Source of the DNA: Nemertoderma westbladi
Taxonomy: Eukaryota; Animalia; Xenacoelomorpha
Length of the DNA stretch: 64,000 nt
Reading direction: 5' to 3'
Assembly (NCBI GenBank): GCA_032718475.1
Contig: JAUCBJ010000412.1
Location: 1-64,000 of the forward strand
The translations under genes and the position numbers were made by a program. Each line of letters opens with the position of its first letter. Position 1 is the stretch's first letter. This document shows positions 1 through 13,050 of the stretch, in pieces. The notes beneath the pieces were generated by a model, which searched no databases, was not told where the DNA came from, and saw only the letters and a program-made list of their open reading frames with translations.

Positions 1-3000
1 CACTAACTCCCAAGTACTGGAGCTGCACTACCTCTCAAGTACCGGAGCTGCACTACCTCCCAATTACCAGAGCTGCACTACCTCCCAAGTACCGGAGCTG
101 CACTACCTCCCAAGTACCAGAGCCGTACTTACTCCCAAGTACCAGAGCCGCACTACCTCCCAAGTACAGGAGTTGCACTACCTCCCAAGTACTGGAGCTG
201 CACTACCTCCCAAGTACCAGAGCCGTACTTCCTCCCAAGTACCAGAGCCGCACTACCTCCCAAGTACAGGAGTTGCACTACCTCCCAAGTACTGGAGCTG
301 CACTACCTCCCAAGTACCAGAGCCGCACTAACTCCCAAGTACTGGAGCTGCACTACCTCTCAAGTACCGGAGCTGCACTACCTCCCAATTACCAGAGCTG
401 CACTACCTCCCAAGTACCGGAGCTGCACTACCTCCCAAGTACCAGAGCCGTACTACCTCCCAAGTACAGGAGTCGCACTACCTCCCAAGTACCAGAGCCG
501 TACTTCCTCCTAAGTACCAGAGCCGCACTACCTCCCAAGTACCAGAGCTGCACTACCTACCAAGTACCGGAGCTGCACTACCTCCCAAGTACCAGAGTCG
601 CACTACCTCCCAAGTACCGGAGACATACTTCCTCCCAAGTACCAGAGCCGCACTACCTCCCAAGTACCAGAGCTGCACTACCTACCAAGTACCGGAGCTG
701 CACTACCTCCCAAGTACCAGAGCCGCACTACCTCCCAAGTACAGGAGTTGCACTACCTCCCAAGTACTGGAGCTGCACTACCTCCCAAGTACCAGAGCCG
801 TACTACCTCCCAAGTACCAGAGCCGTACTTCCTCCTAAGTACCAGAGCCGCACTACCTCCCAAGTACCAGAGCTGCACTACCTACCAAGTACCGGAGCTG
901 CACTACCTCCCAAGTACCAGAGCCGCACTACCTCCCAAGTACAGGAGTTGCACTACCTCCCAAGTACTGGAGCTGCACTACCTCCCAAGTACCAGAGCCG
1001 CACTAACTCCCAAGTACTGGAGCTGCACTACCTCTCAAGTACTGGAGCTGCACTACCTCCCAAGTACCAGAGCCGCACTAACTCCCAAGTACTGGAGCTG
1101 CACTACCTCTCAAGTACCGGAGCTGCACTACCTCCCAATTACCAGAGCTGCACTACCTCCCAAGTACCGGAGCTGCACTACCTCCCAAGTACCAGAGCCG
1201 TACTACCTCCCAAGTACAGGAGTCGCACTACCTCCCAAGTACCAGAGCCGTACTTCCTCCTAAGTACCAGAGCCGCACTACCTCCCAAGTACCAGAGCCG
1301 CACTACCTACCAAGTACCGAAGCCGTACTACCTCCCAAGTACAGGAGTCGCACTACCTCCCAAGTACCGGAGCCGCACTACCTCCCAAGTACCGGAGCCG
1401 TACTACCTCCCAAGTACAGGAGTTGCACTACCTCCCAAGTACTGGAGCTGCACTACCTCCCAAGTACCGGAGCCGCACTACCTCCCAAGTACCAGAGTCG
1501 CACTACCTCCCAAGTACCGGAGACATACTTCCTCCCAAGTACCGGAGCCGCACTACCTCCCAAGTACTGGAGACATACTTCCTCCCAAGTACTGGAGCTG
1601 CACTACCTCCCAAGTACCGGAGCCGTACTACCTCCCAAGTACTGGAGCTGCACTACCTCCCAAGTACCGGAGCCGCACTACCTCCCAAGTACCAGAGCCG
1701 CACTACCTCCCAAGTACCGGAGCCGCACTACCTCCCAAGTACCAGAGCCTTACTACCTCCCAAGTACAGGAGTCGCACTACCTCCCAAGTACAGGAGTCG
1801 CACTACCTCCCAAGTACTGGAGTCGCACTACCTCCCAAGTACCGGAGACATACTTCCTCCCAAGTACCGGAGCCGCACTACCTCCCAAGTACTGGAGACA
1901 TACTTCCTCCCAAGTACCGGAGCCGCACTACCTCCCAAGTACTGGAGACATACTTCCTCCCAAGTACTGGAGCTGCACTACCTCCCAAGTACCGGAGCCG
2001 TACTACCTCCCAAGTACTGGAGCTGCACTACCTCCCAAGTACCGGAGCCGTACTACCTCCCAAGTACCAGAGTCGCACTACCTCCCAAGTACCGGAGACA
2101 TACTTCCTCCCAAGTACCGGAGCCGCACTACCTCCCAAGTACTGGAGACATACTTCCTCCCAAGTACCGGAGCCGCACTACCTCCCAAGTACTGGAGACA
2201 TACTTCCTCCCAAGTACTGGAGCTGCACTACCTCCCAAGTACCGGAGCCGTACTACCTCCCAAGTACTGGAGCTGCACTACCTCCCAAGTACCGGAGCCG
2301 TACTACCTCCCAAGTACCAGAGTCGCACTACCTCCCAAGTACCGGAGACATACTTCCTCCCAAGTACCGGAGCCGCACTACCTCCCAAGTACTGGAGACA
2401 TACTTCCTCCCAAGTACTGGAGCTGCACTACCTCCCAAGTACCGGAGCCGTACTACCTCCCAAGTACTGGAGCTGCACTACCTCCCAAGTACCGGAGCCG
2501 CACTACCTCCCAAGTACCAGAGCCGCACTACCTCCCAAGTACCGGAGCCGCACTACCTCCCAAGTACCAGAGCCTTACTACCTCCCAAGTACAGGAGTCG
2601 CACTACCTCCCAAGTACAGGAGTCGCACTACCTCCCAAGTACTGGAGTCGCACTACCTCCCAAGTACCGGAGACATACTTCCTCCCAAGTACCGGAGCCG
2701 CACTACCTCCCAAGTACTGGAGACATACTTCCTCCCAAGTACTGGAGCTGCACTACCTCCCAAGTACCGGAGCCGCACTACCTCCCAAGTACCAGAGCCG
2801 CACTACCTCCCAAGTACTGGAGCTGCACTACCTCCCAAGTACCGGAGCCGCACTACCTCCCAAGTACCAGAGTCGCACTACCTCCCAAGTACCGGAGACA
2901 TACTTCCTCCCAAGTACCGGAGCCGCACTACCTCCCAAGTACTGGAGACATACTTCCTCCCAAGTACTGGAGCTGCACTACCTCCCAAGTACCGGAGCCG

Positions 3001-6000
3001 CACTACCTCCCAAGTACCGGAGCCGTACTACCTCCCAAGTACTGGAGCTGCACTACCTCCCAAGTACCGGAGCCGCACTACCTCCCAAGTACCGGAGTCG
3101 CACTACCTCCCAAGTACCGGAGCCGTACTACCTCCCAAGTACTGGAGCTGCACTACCTCCCAAGTACCGGAGCCGCACTACCTCCCAAGTACCGGAGCCG
3201 TACTACCTCCCAAGTACCGGAGCCGTACTACCTCCCAAGTACTGGAGCTGCACTACCTCCCAAGTACCGGAGCCGCACTACCTCCCAAGTACCGGAGCCG
3301 TACTACCTCCCAAGTACCGGAGCCGTACTACCTCCCAAGTACCGGAGCCGCACTACCTCCCAAGTACCGGAGTCGCACTACCTCCCAAGTACCGGAGCCG
3401 TACTACCTCCCAAGTACTGGAGCTGCACTACCTCCCAAGTACCGGAGCCGCACTACCTCCCAAGTACCGGAGCCGCACTACCTCCCAAGTACCGGAGTCG
3501 CACTACCTCCCAAGTACCGGAGCCGTACTACCTCCCAAGTACAGGAGTCGCACTACCTCCCAAGTACCAGAGTCGCACTACCTCCCAAGTACCGGAGACA
3601 TACTTCCTCCCAAGTACTGGAGCTGCACTACCTCCCAAGTACCGGAGCCGCACTACCTCCCAAGTACCGGAGCCGTACTACCTCCCAAGTACCAGAGCCG
3701 TACTACCTCCCAAGTACAGGAGTCGCACTACCTCCCAAGTACCGGAGACATACTTCCTCCCAAGTACCAGAGCCGCACTAACTCCCAAGTACTGGAGCTG
3801 CACTACCTCCCAAGTACCGAAGCCGCACTACCTCCCAAGTACAGGAGTTGCACTACCTCCCAAGTACCAGAGCTGTACTACCTCCCAAGTACCAGAGCCG
3901 TACTTCCTCCCAAGTACCGGAGCTGCACTACTTACCAAGTACTGGAGCTGCACTACCTCCCAAGTACTGGAGCTGCACTACCTCCCAAGTACCGGAGCTG
4001 CACTACCTCCCAAGTACAGGAGTCGCACTACCTCCCAAGTACTGGAGCTGCACTACCTCCCAAGTACTGGAGCCGTACTTCCTCCCAAGTACCGGAGCTG
4101 CACTACCTCCCAAGTACTGGAGCTGCACTACCTCCCAAGTACTGGAGCTGCACTACCTCCCAAGTACTGGAGCCGTACTTCCTCCCAAGTACCGGAGCCT
4201 CACTACCTCCCAAGTACAGGAGTCGCACTACCTCCCAAGTACCGGAGACATACTTCCTCCCAAGTACTGGAGCTGCACTACCTCCCAAGTACCGGAGCCG
4301 CACTACCTCCCAAGTACCAGAGCCGTACTACCTCCCAAGTACAGGAGTCGCACTACCTCCCAAGTACAGGAGTCGCACTACCTCCCAAGTATTGGAGCCG
4401 CACTACCTCCCAAGTACCAGAGCCGTACTACCCCCCAAGTACCAGAGCCCTACTTCCTCCCAAGTACTGGAGCTGCACTACCTCCCAAGTACCAGAGCCG
4501 CACTACCTCCCAAGTACCGGAGCTGCACTACCTCCCAAGTACAGGAGTTGCACTACCTCCCAAGTACCAGAGCCGCACTACCTCCCAAGTACCGAAGCCG
4601 TACTACCTCCCAAGTACAGGAGTTGCACTACCTCCCAAGTACCGGAGCTGCACTACCTCCCAAGTACAGGAGTTGCACTACCTCCCAAATACAGGAGTTG
4701 CACTACCTCCCAAGTACCGAAGCCGCACTACCTCCCAAGTACAGGAGTTGCACTACCTCCCAAGTACCGGAGCTGCACTACCTCCCAAGTACAGGAGTTG
4801 CACTACCTCCCAAATACAGGAGCTGCACTACCTCCCAAGTACCGAAGCCGCACTACCTCCCAAGTACAGGAGTTGCACTACCTCCCAAGTACCAGAGCTG
4901 TACTACCTCCCAAGTACCAGAGCCGCACTACCTCCCAAGTACCGAAGCCGTACTACTCCCCAAGTACCGGAGCCGCACTACCTCCCAAGTACAGGAGTTG
5001 CACTACCTCCCAAGTACCAGAGCCGCACTACCTCCCAAGTACCGAAGCCGTACTACCTCCCAAGTACAGGAGTTGCACTACCTCCCAAGTACCGGAGCTG
5101 CACTACCTCCCAAGTACAGGAGTTGCACTACCTCCCAAATACAGGAGTTGCACTACCTCCCAAGTACCGAAGCCGCACTACCTCCCAAGTACAGGAGTTG
5201 CACTACCTCCCAAGTACCGGAGCTGCACTACCTCCCAAGTACAGGAGTTGCACTACCTCCCAAATACAGGAGCTGCACTACCTCCCAAGTACCGAAGCCG
5301 CACTACCTCCCAAGTACAGGAGTTGCACTACCTCCCAAGTACCGGAGCTGCACTACCTCCCAAGTACAGGAGTCGCACTACCTCCCAAGTACCGGAGACA
5401 TACTTCCTCCCAAGTACTGGAGCCGCACTAACTCCCAAGTACTGGAGCTGCACTACCTCCCAAGTACCGAAGCCGCACTACCTCCCAAGTACAGGAGTTG
5501 CACTACCTCCCAAGTACCAGAGCTGTACTACCTCCCAAGTACCAGAGCCGTACTTCCTCCCAAGTACCGGAGCTGCACTACTTACCAAGTACTGGAGCTG
5601 CACTACCTCCCAAGTACCGGAGCTGCACTACCTCCCAAGTACAGGAGTCGCACTACCTCCCAAGTACCGGAGACATACTTCCTCCCAAGTACTGGAGCTG
5701 CACTACCTCCCAAGTACCGGAGCCGCACTACCTCCCAAGTACCAGAGCCGTACTACCTCCCAAGTACAGGAGTCGCACTACCTCCCAAGTACAGGAGTCG
5801 CACTACCTCCCAAGTATTGGAGCTGCACTACCTCTCAAGTACCGGAGCTGCACTACCTCCCAAGTACCAGAGCCGCACTACCTCCCAAGTACCGAAGCCG
5901 TACTACCTCCCAATTACCGGAGCTGCACTACCTCCCAAGTACCAGAGCCGTACTACCTCCCAAGTACAGGAGTTGCACTACCTCCCAAGTACTGGAGCTG

Positions 6001-7280
6001 CACTACCTCCCAAGTACAGGAGTTGCACTACCTCCCAAGTACCGGAGCTGCACTACCTCTCAAGTACCGGAGCTGCACTACCTCCCAAGTACCAGAGCCG
6101 CACTACCTCCCAAGTACCGAAGCCGTACTACCTCCCAATTACCGGAGCTGCACTACCTCCCAAGTACCAGAGCCGTACTACCTCCCAAGTACAGGAGTTG
6201 CACTACCTCCCAAGTACCGGAGCTGCACTACCTCCCAAGTACCGGAGCTGCACTACCTCCCAAGTACAGGAGTTGCACTACCTCCCAAGTACCAGAGCCG
6301 CACTACCTCCCAAGTACAGGAGTTGCACTACCTCCCAAGTACCGGAGCTGCACTACCTCTCAAGTACCGGAGCTGCACTACCTCCCAAGTACCAGAGCCG
6401 CACTACCTCCCAAGTACCGAAGCCGTACTACCTCCCAATTACCGGAGCTGCACTACCTCCCAAGTACCAGAGCCGTACTACCTCCCAAGTACAGGAGTTG
6501 CACTACCTCCCAAGTACCGGAGCTGCACTACCTCCCAAGTACAGGAGTTGCACTACCTCCCAAGTACCAGAGCCGCCCTACCTCCCAAGTACCGAAGCCG
6601 TACTACCTCCCAATTACCGGAGCTGCACTACCTCCCAAGTACCAGAGCCGTACTACCTCCCAATTACCGGAGCTGCACTACCTCCCAAGTACAGGAGTTG
6701 CACTACCTCCCAAGTACCGGAGCCGCACTACCTCCCAAGTACAGGAGTTGCACTACCTCCCAAGTACTGGAGCTGCACTACCTCCCAAGTGCCAGAGCCG
6801 TACTTCCTCCCAAGTACCAGAGCCGCACTACCTCCCAAGTACAGGAGTTGCACTACCTCCCAAGTACCGGAGCCGCACTACCTCCCAAGTACAGGAGTTG
6901 CACTACCTCCCAAGTACAGGAGTTGCACTACCTCCCAAGTACCAGAGCTGCACTACCTCCCAAGTACCAGAGCCGTACTTCCTCCCAAGTACCGGAGCCG
7001 CACTACCTCCCAAGTACCAGAGCCGTACTTCCTCCCAAGTACCAGAGCCGCACTACCTCCCAAGTACAGGAGTTGCACTACCTCCCAAGTACCGGAGCCG
7101 TACTACCTACCAAGTACCAGAGCCTTACTACCTCCCAAGTACAGGAGTCGCACTACCTCCCAAGTACAGGAGTCGCACTACCTCCCAAGTACCGGAGCCG
7201 TACTACCTCCCAAGTACCAGAGCCGTACTTCCTCCCAAGTACAGGAGTTGCACTACCTCCCAAGTACCGAAGCCGTACTA
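1..7280. repeat. 25-bp tandem satellite, left arm (consensus approx. CACTACCTCCCAAGTACCGGAGCTG); runs off the left edge
   Basis: Strict 25-nt period over about 290 monomers; variation is concentrated in the ACC/ACT/ACA-GG/AG-AGCCG/AGCTG/AGTTG part. The long + strand ORFs here are artefacts of a stop-free monomer. Confidence 0.98.
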
Positions 7281-7728
7281 TTATTTATTTATTTATTTAT
7301 TTCCTCCAAAATTATAAAATAAAAATAACGCACAATACCCTACAAAATTGATTGCTGGGTTGATTGGTGTGAGCTTCCGCTATAGCATAGCTAGTGTAGT
7401 TTTAGCTCACCCCTGCATCTGGAGAGTTCTAGAATGTTTAAAGTAAATTTAATTATACAGATAGGTGGGTGCGCGCGGTGCGGTTGACTGCTGTCGGAAT
7501 TTTATAAATATTTGTTTTTTCCTGCATGTAAAAAAATAAATTTGTGGTATGTACAAGACTGCATAGCAAACTGATGATAACCAATAGGGGAGAATGTATA
7601 TGTAAAGAAAAAAAGTATGAAACTATATATATGACGCAAAATATGTAAAGGAAAATATATTTATATAACGCAAGTTGTTGATAACCAATTGGGGAGAATG
7701 TATATGAAAAAAGGATAATTAAAAAATC
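7281..7728 (-). mobile_element. ~450-bp AT-rich insertion in the satellite, probably the 3' end of a non-LTR retroelement/SINE in - orientation
   Basis: Starts with (TTAT)n at 7281-7302, i.e. an (ATAA)n tail on the - strand. Inverted repeat GTGAGCT...AGCTCAC near the tail. Internal direct repeat GATAACCAAT(A/T)GGGGAGAATGTATATG. The satellite resumes at 7729. Confidence 0.5.
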
Positions 7729-10167
7729 GTACCAGAGCCGCACTACCTCCCAAGTACAGGAGTTGCACTACCTCCCAAGTACCAGAGCCGTACTTCCTCC
7801 CAAGTACCAGAGCCGCACTACCTCCCAAGTACAGGAGTTGCACTACCTCCCAAGTACCGGAGCCGCACTACCTCCCAAGTACAGGAGTTGCACTACCTCG
7901 CAAGTACTGGAGCTGCACTACCTCCCAAGTACCGAAGCCGTACTACCTCCCAAGTACAGGAGTTGCACTACCTCCCAAGTACCAGAGCCGCACTACCTCC
8001 CAAGTACAGGAGTTGCACTACCTCCCAAGTACCAGAGCTGCACTACCTCCCAAGTACCAGAGCCGCACTAACTCCCAAGTACCAGAGCTGCACTACCTAC
8101 CAAGTACTGGAGCTGCACTACCTCCCAAGTACTGGAGCTGCACTACCTCCCAAGTACCAGAGCCGTACTTCCTCCCAAGTACCGGAGCCGCACTACCTCC
8201 CAAGTACTGGATCTGCACTACCTCCCAAGTACCGGAGCCGCACTACCTCCCAAGTACCAGAGCGGCACTACCTCCCAAGTACCGGAGCTGCACTAACTCC
8301 CAAGTACCAGAGCTGCACTACCTCCCAAGTACTGGAGCTGCACTACCTACCAAGTACTGGAGCTGCACTACCTCCCAAGTACTGGAGCTGCACTACCTCC
8401 CAAGTACCAGAGCCGTACTTCCTCCCAAGTACCGGAGCCGCACTACCTCCCAAGTACTGGATCTGCACTACCTCCCAAGTACCGGAGCCGCACTACCTCC
8501 CAAGTACCAGAGCTGCACTACCTCCCAAGTACCAGAGCCGCACTAACTCCCAAGTACCAGAGCTGCACTACCTACCAAGTACTGGAGCTGCACTACCTCC
8601 CAAGTACTGGAGCTGCACTACCTCCCAAGTACCAGAGCCGTACTTCCTCCCAAGTACCGGAGCCGCACTACCTCCCAAGTACTGGATCTGCACTACCTCC
8701 CAAGTACCGGAGCCGCACTACCTCCCAAGTACCAGAGCGGCACTACCTCCCAAGTACCGGAGCTGCACTACCTCCCAAGTGCTAGAGCCGTACTACCTCC
8801 CAAGTACCGGAGCCGTACTTCCTCCCAAGTACCGGAGCTGTACTACCTCCCAAGTACTGGAGCTGCACTACCTCCCAAGTACCAGAGTCGCACTACCTCC
8901 CAAGTACAGGAGTCGCACTTCCTCCCAAGTACTGGAGCTGCACTACCTCCCAAGTACCAGAGCCGTACTTCCTCCCAAGTACCAGAGCCGCACTACCTCC
9001 CAAGTACAGGAGTTGCACTACCTCCCAAGTACAGGAGTTGCACTACCTCCCAAGTACCAGAGCTGCACTACCTCCCAAGTACCAGAGCCGCACTAACTCC
9101 CAAGTACTGGAGCTGCACTACCTCTCAAGTACCGGAGCTGCACTACCTCCCAAATACCGGAGCCGCACTACCTCCCAAGTACTGGAGCTGCACTACCTCC
9201 CAAGTACCGGAGCTGCACTATCTCCCAAGTACCGAAGCCGTACTACCTCCCAAGTACCGGAGCCGCACTACCTCCCAAGTACCGGAGCTGCACTACCTCC
9301 CAAGTACCGGAGCTGCACTACCTCCCAAGTACTGGAGCTGCACTACCTCCCAAGTACCAGAGCCGCACTACCTCCCAAGTACCGGAGCCGCACTACCTCC
9401 CAAGTACCGGAGCTGCACTACCTCCCAAGTACCGGAGCCGCACTACTTCCCAAGTACCGGAGCTGCACTACCTCCCAAGTACCGGAGCCGTACTACCTCC
9501 CAAGTACCGGAGCCGTACTTCCTCCCAAGTACCGGAGCTGCACTACCTCCCAAGTACTGGAGCTGCACTACCTCCCAAGTACCAGAGCCGCACTACCTCC
9601 CAAGTACCGGAGCCGCACTACCTCCCAAGTACCGGAGCTGCACTACCTCCCAAGTACCAGAGCCGCACTACCTCCCAAGTACCGGAGCTGCACTACCTCC
9701 CAAGTACCGGAGTCGCACTACCTCCCAAGTACCGGAGCCATACTACCTCCCAAGGACCGGAGCCGCACTATCTCCCAAGTACCGGAGCCGCACTACCTCC
9801 CAAGTACCGGAGCTGCACTACCTCCCAAGTACCAGAGCCGCACTACCTCCCAAGTACCGGAGCTGCACTACCTCCCAAGTACCGGAGTCGCACTACCTCC
9901 CAAGTACCGGAGCCATACTACCTCCCAAGGACCGGAGCCGCACTATCTCCCAAGTACCGAAGCCGTACTACCTACCAAGTACAGGAGCCGCACTACCTCC
10001 CAAGTACCGGAGCCGCACTTCCTCCCAAGTACTGAAGCTGCACTACCTCCCAAGTACCGGAGCCGCACTACCTCCCAAGTACCAGAGCCGCACTACCTCC
10101 CAAGTACCGGAGCTGCACTACCTCCCAAGTACCAAAGCCACACTACCTCCCAAGTACCGGAGCTGCA
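7729..10167. repeat. 25-bp tandem satellite, right arm
   Basis: Same monomer and orientation as 1-7280, about 97 monomers, ending abruptly near 10167. Confidence 0.98.
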
Positions 10168-10499
10168 GCCCCCCCTTCCCCAAGTCTCTTGTTTTCTATT
10201 GTCGATTAGTTCTCTTCTGTTGGTAAAGATATTTACGTACGGGGTTTCGGGAAACTTCTTTCCATCCCCCCTTTGCGCTTCCAAACCTTTAGTGCAAACA
10301 CAAAGATGAATTCGCATCGCTACTCTTATTAGCTAAAGACTACGCTAGCGAGTGCAAGAACGAAACATATTTTCTTGAACTCAACGTAATAATAGAAAGG
10401 CGAACGAAGGGAGCTGTAAATTTCTCAAATTGTTGTTGAAATTGCTAATTTTGCTGATTTTTCTGACAAGTGTAATTTTCTTGTGCATAAGTGTTGTTT

Positions 10500-10625
10500 C
10501 TTCGATTGATTGGTATCTTCTGCATCTGCAGTAATAGACCAGCAGGGACTGCATAACAGCATAGGCTCTACTGCTTCCCTGAATAAATTTACCTTCATGA
10601 AAGTGTTACTCCAGCTGATTTCCAT
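10500..10625 (-). pseudogene. Degraded fragment of an RTE-like LINE related to the copy at 11238-13050
   Basis: KVNLFREAVEPMLLCSPCWSITADAEDT aligns by eye with KVRLFRAAVVPVLLYGSPCWALTAEDT of the 11399-13009 ORF. Confidence 0.75.
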
Positions 10626-11237
10626 GGCCCTTTATAATTTATTGAACTCCGGAATAAATTTGGGTTTTGCATGAAAATAAAAATATCCATCTCCTTATAT
10701 GAAATACGTATAATTGACTCCACTCGCTGACTTTTATAAATTATAAATATCTCATCACGGGATTGCCATGTAATAAGTAGTTATTGTTTTGATATACAAG
10801 GCAATTCTCGGAGCGCAGATTCAGGACCTCTTTGTTGGACAGACATTGACTGTGTTTATTAGTTAAACTTACAAGTTTATTAGTATGATGGATATTTATC
10901 GGCATTTCTGCCGTGTGAAAAGACAAAAATATCATTTCGAGTAAAACTAAAATTGCTGTTTGCCTTCAGATTTTGATGATGTTCGTAAATTAGTAATATT
11001 TTATAAACCTACGTAATTTGGGGTTGGGAAATATTTCTACGTTATATACGGAGCCCTAAGAGGACATGAAATCATCGTTTTTTTTACTAATATAAATATA
11101 TATTAAGTTAGAAGACACATGCCGCTAACTCAATATATTGAGTTAGCGAGCACGTGTCTTCTAACTCAATATATTGAGTTAGCGGACATGTGTCTTCTAA
11201 CTTAATATATTGAGTTAGTGGACATGTGTCTTCTAAC

Positions 11238-13050
11238 ACAATCATCCCATACGGCAATCATCCCAGGCATGGAAATCAATCAATCTGCTTACTGGGCGGA
11301 AAAGCCAACCAACCACCAAGGTTAAGGCTGAATCACCAGCCGATCGCCTCAATGGTTGGAAAGCCAACTTTGAAAAGCTCCTCAATAATGACAGGGTATT
11401 GCCTGATAACTTTATAGAAGTAAAAGTGTCTGAGTCTGTACTCCCAGATATTCCCATTGGCGATATCTCCTTTGCAGAAGTGAAGGCTGCTGCAAAGAGC
11501 ATTAAGACCAATCGTGCCAGTGGAGTAGATGGTGTTCCCCCTGAGGTCTTTAAAATACCTGAGTGTTTAAAGCTCATCTATCCCATCATAGTAGACATGT
11601 ACCGAACAACAAGAGTCCCACAAGAAATGAAAACAAATAAGTTGGTGCCAGTTCCCAAGAAGGGCAACCTAACACTCTATGGTTCTTTTCGGGGAATCTC
11701 ATTGATCTCGATTGCTGCAAAGCTATACAATAGGATTCTATTAAATCGCATCAAGGATCCCATTGAGAGACTGCTCCGTGGAAATCAGAATGGGTTCCGT
11801 AAAGGTCGTGGGACCATGGAGCCCATTTTGGCACTTAGAAGGATAATTGAAGAATTATCAAAAAAGAAAGACAGGCATCTGGCTGTTATCTTTGTTGACT
11901 TCTTCAAGGCCTTTGATTCACTCTCTCGCTCACGTATGTTCAGCATACTTTCATTATATGGGATTCCTGATGAAATTATTGCAGCAATCAGATCAGTATA
12001 CGATGGTTCGACAACATTTGTGTCTACTGTTGACGGTGATACAGAACCATTTGAAGTGTTATGGGGCGTCCTCCAAGGAGACACACTTGCACCATTCTTG
12101 TTCATTATTGTGGTTGACTATGTTCTACGCATGTCCTTAGATCATCATAATGATGATGGGGTGATGATAACTCCACCTACTGGCTCCAGAAGTCGCGGAA
12201 ATCCTGCCAAGTACCTAACTGATCTAGACTTTGCTGATGACTTAGGAGTACTCTCAGAATCATTAGAGGGAGCCCAACGGCTCCTCAGCTCATTAGAACA
12301 TGCTGCTTCTAGTGTTGGTCTTTTTATTAACTCCAGAAAGACCAAAATTCTGACCGTTAACTTTGAAAGTCCTCAGCAAGTCTCTGATCGGATGAGCATA
12401 AGCTCAAAGGATGGTATGCTTGAGCATGTGGACGACTTCTGTTACCTGGGATCATGGATCCGGAAGTCAGGTGAGGACCTTCGAATACGCAAGGGAAAGG
12501 CATGGGCAGCCTTGAATAGGCTTTCCAGGATTTGGAAGTCACCGAGAATTAATCGGAAACTTAAGGTCCGATTATTTAGAGCAGCAGTAGTTCCAGTACT
12601 CCTCTACGGGAGTCCATGCTGGGCTCTAACTGCTGAGGACACCAAATCTCTGGATGGCACATTCACAAGAATGCTACGCCGGGTTCATTGTGTCAAGTAC
12701 AATGCACACATCTCCAACCAGACACTATATAACATTGGAGGTGTCTTATTGGTTCCCCCAAGCTTGACACTAGAACAAAATCGCCTCCGCTTTGCAGGAC
12801 ATTTCTTTCGCCGTGAGGACCAGCCAGTGCATAATCTTGTACTTTGGCAGCCTCATGGAGTGAATAAGCATGGTGGACAGCCCATAACTTTCTTGAGACG
12901 CATCTTAAAGGACACTGGCCTTAAAGATGCGGATGATCTAGCAAATGTCATGGGTGATAGGGAGTTGTGGCGGTGCAATTTTGTTGACAAGCCGGCACAG
13001 CATTCTTAAAAATGCAGCTGCAATGCAGCATGCCGATCCTAGTAGTATTA
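11238..13050 (+). mobile_element. 5'-truncated RTE-like non-LTR retrotransposon
   Basis: Flanked by GTCTTCTAAC (11228-11237 and 13051-13060). Short TAG-type tail TAGTAGTATTAG. Reading frame is open from the 5' junction to the stop at 13009. Confidence 0.88.
11240..13009 (+). CDS. Non-LTR reverse transcriptase ORF (RT and C-terminus; endonuclease part missing)
   Basis: Motifs PVPKKGN..FRGISL, QNGFRKGRGT, FVDFFKAFDS, GVLQGDTLAPFLF, LDFADD, FCYLGS. The frame extends upstream of the listed TTG start (11399) as NHPIRQSSQAWKSINLLTG. Confidence 0.93.
   Translation, partial: NHPIRQSSQAWKSINLLTGRKSQPTTKVKAESPADRLNGWKANFEKLLNNDRVLPDNFIEVKVSESVLPDIPIGDISFAEVKAAAKSIKTNRASGVDGVPPEVFKIPECLKLIYPIIVDMYRTTRVPQEMKTNKLVPVPKKGNLTLYGSFRGISLISIAAKLYNRILLNRIKDPIERLLRGNQNGFRKGRGTMEPILALRRIIEELSKKKDRHLAVIFVDFFKAFDSLSRSRMFSILSLYGIPDEIIAAIRSVYDGSTTFVSTVDGDTEPFEVLWGVLQGDTLAPFLFIIVVDYVLRMSLDHHNDDGVMITPPTGSRSRGNPAKYLTDLDFADDLGVLSESLEGAQRLLSSLEHAASSVGLFINSRKTKILTVNFESPQQVSDRMSISSKDGMLEHVDDFCYLGSWIRKSGEDLRIRKGKAWAALNRLSRIWKSPRINRKLKVRLFRAAVVPVLLYGSPCWALTAEDTKSLDGTFTRMLRRVHCVKYNAHISNQTLYNIGGVLLVPPSLTLEQNRLRFAGHFFRREDQPVHNLVLWQPHGVNKHGGQPITFLRRILKDTGLKDADDLANVMGDRELWRCNFVDKPAQHS

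Noticed and set aside
273-10309. Very long ORFs (2349 aa, 1964 aa and others) in the satellite
   Set aside because: The 25-nt monomer has no + strand stop in any frame, so all three frames give the same periodic peptide. Starts are TTG. No evidence of coding function.
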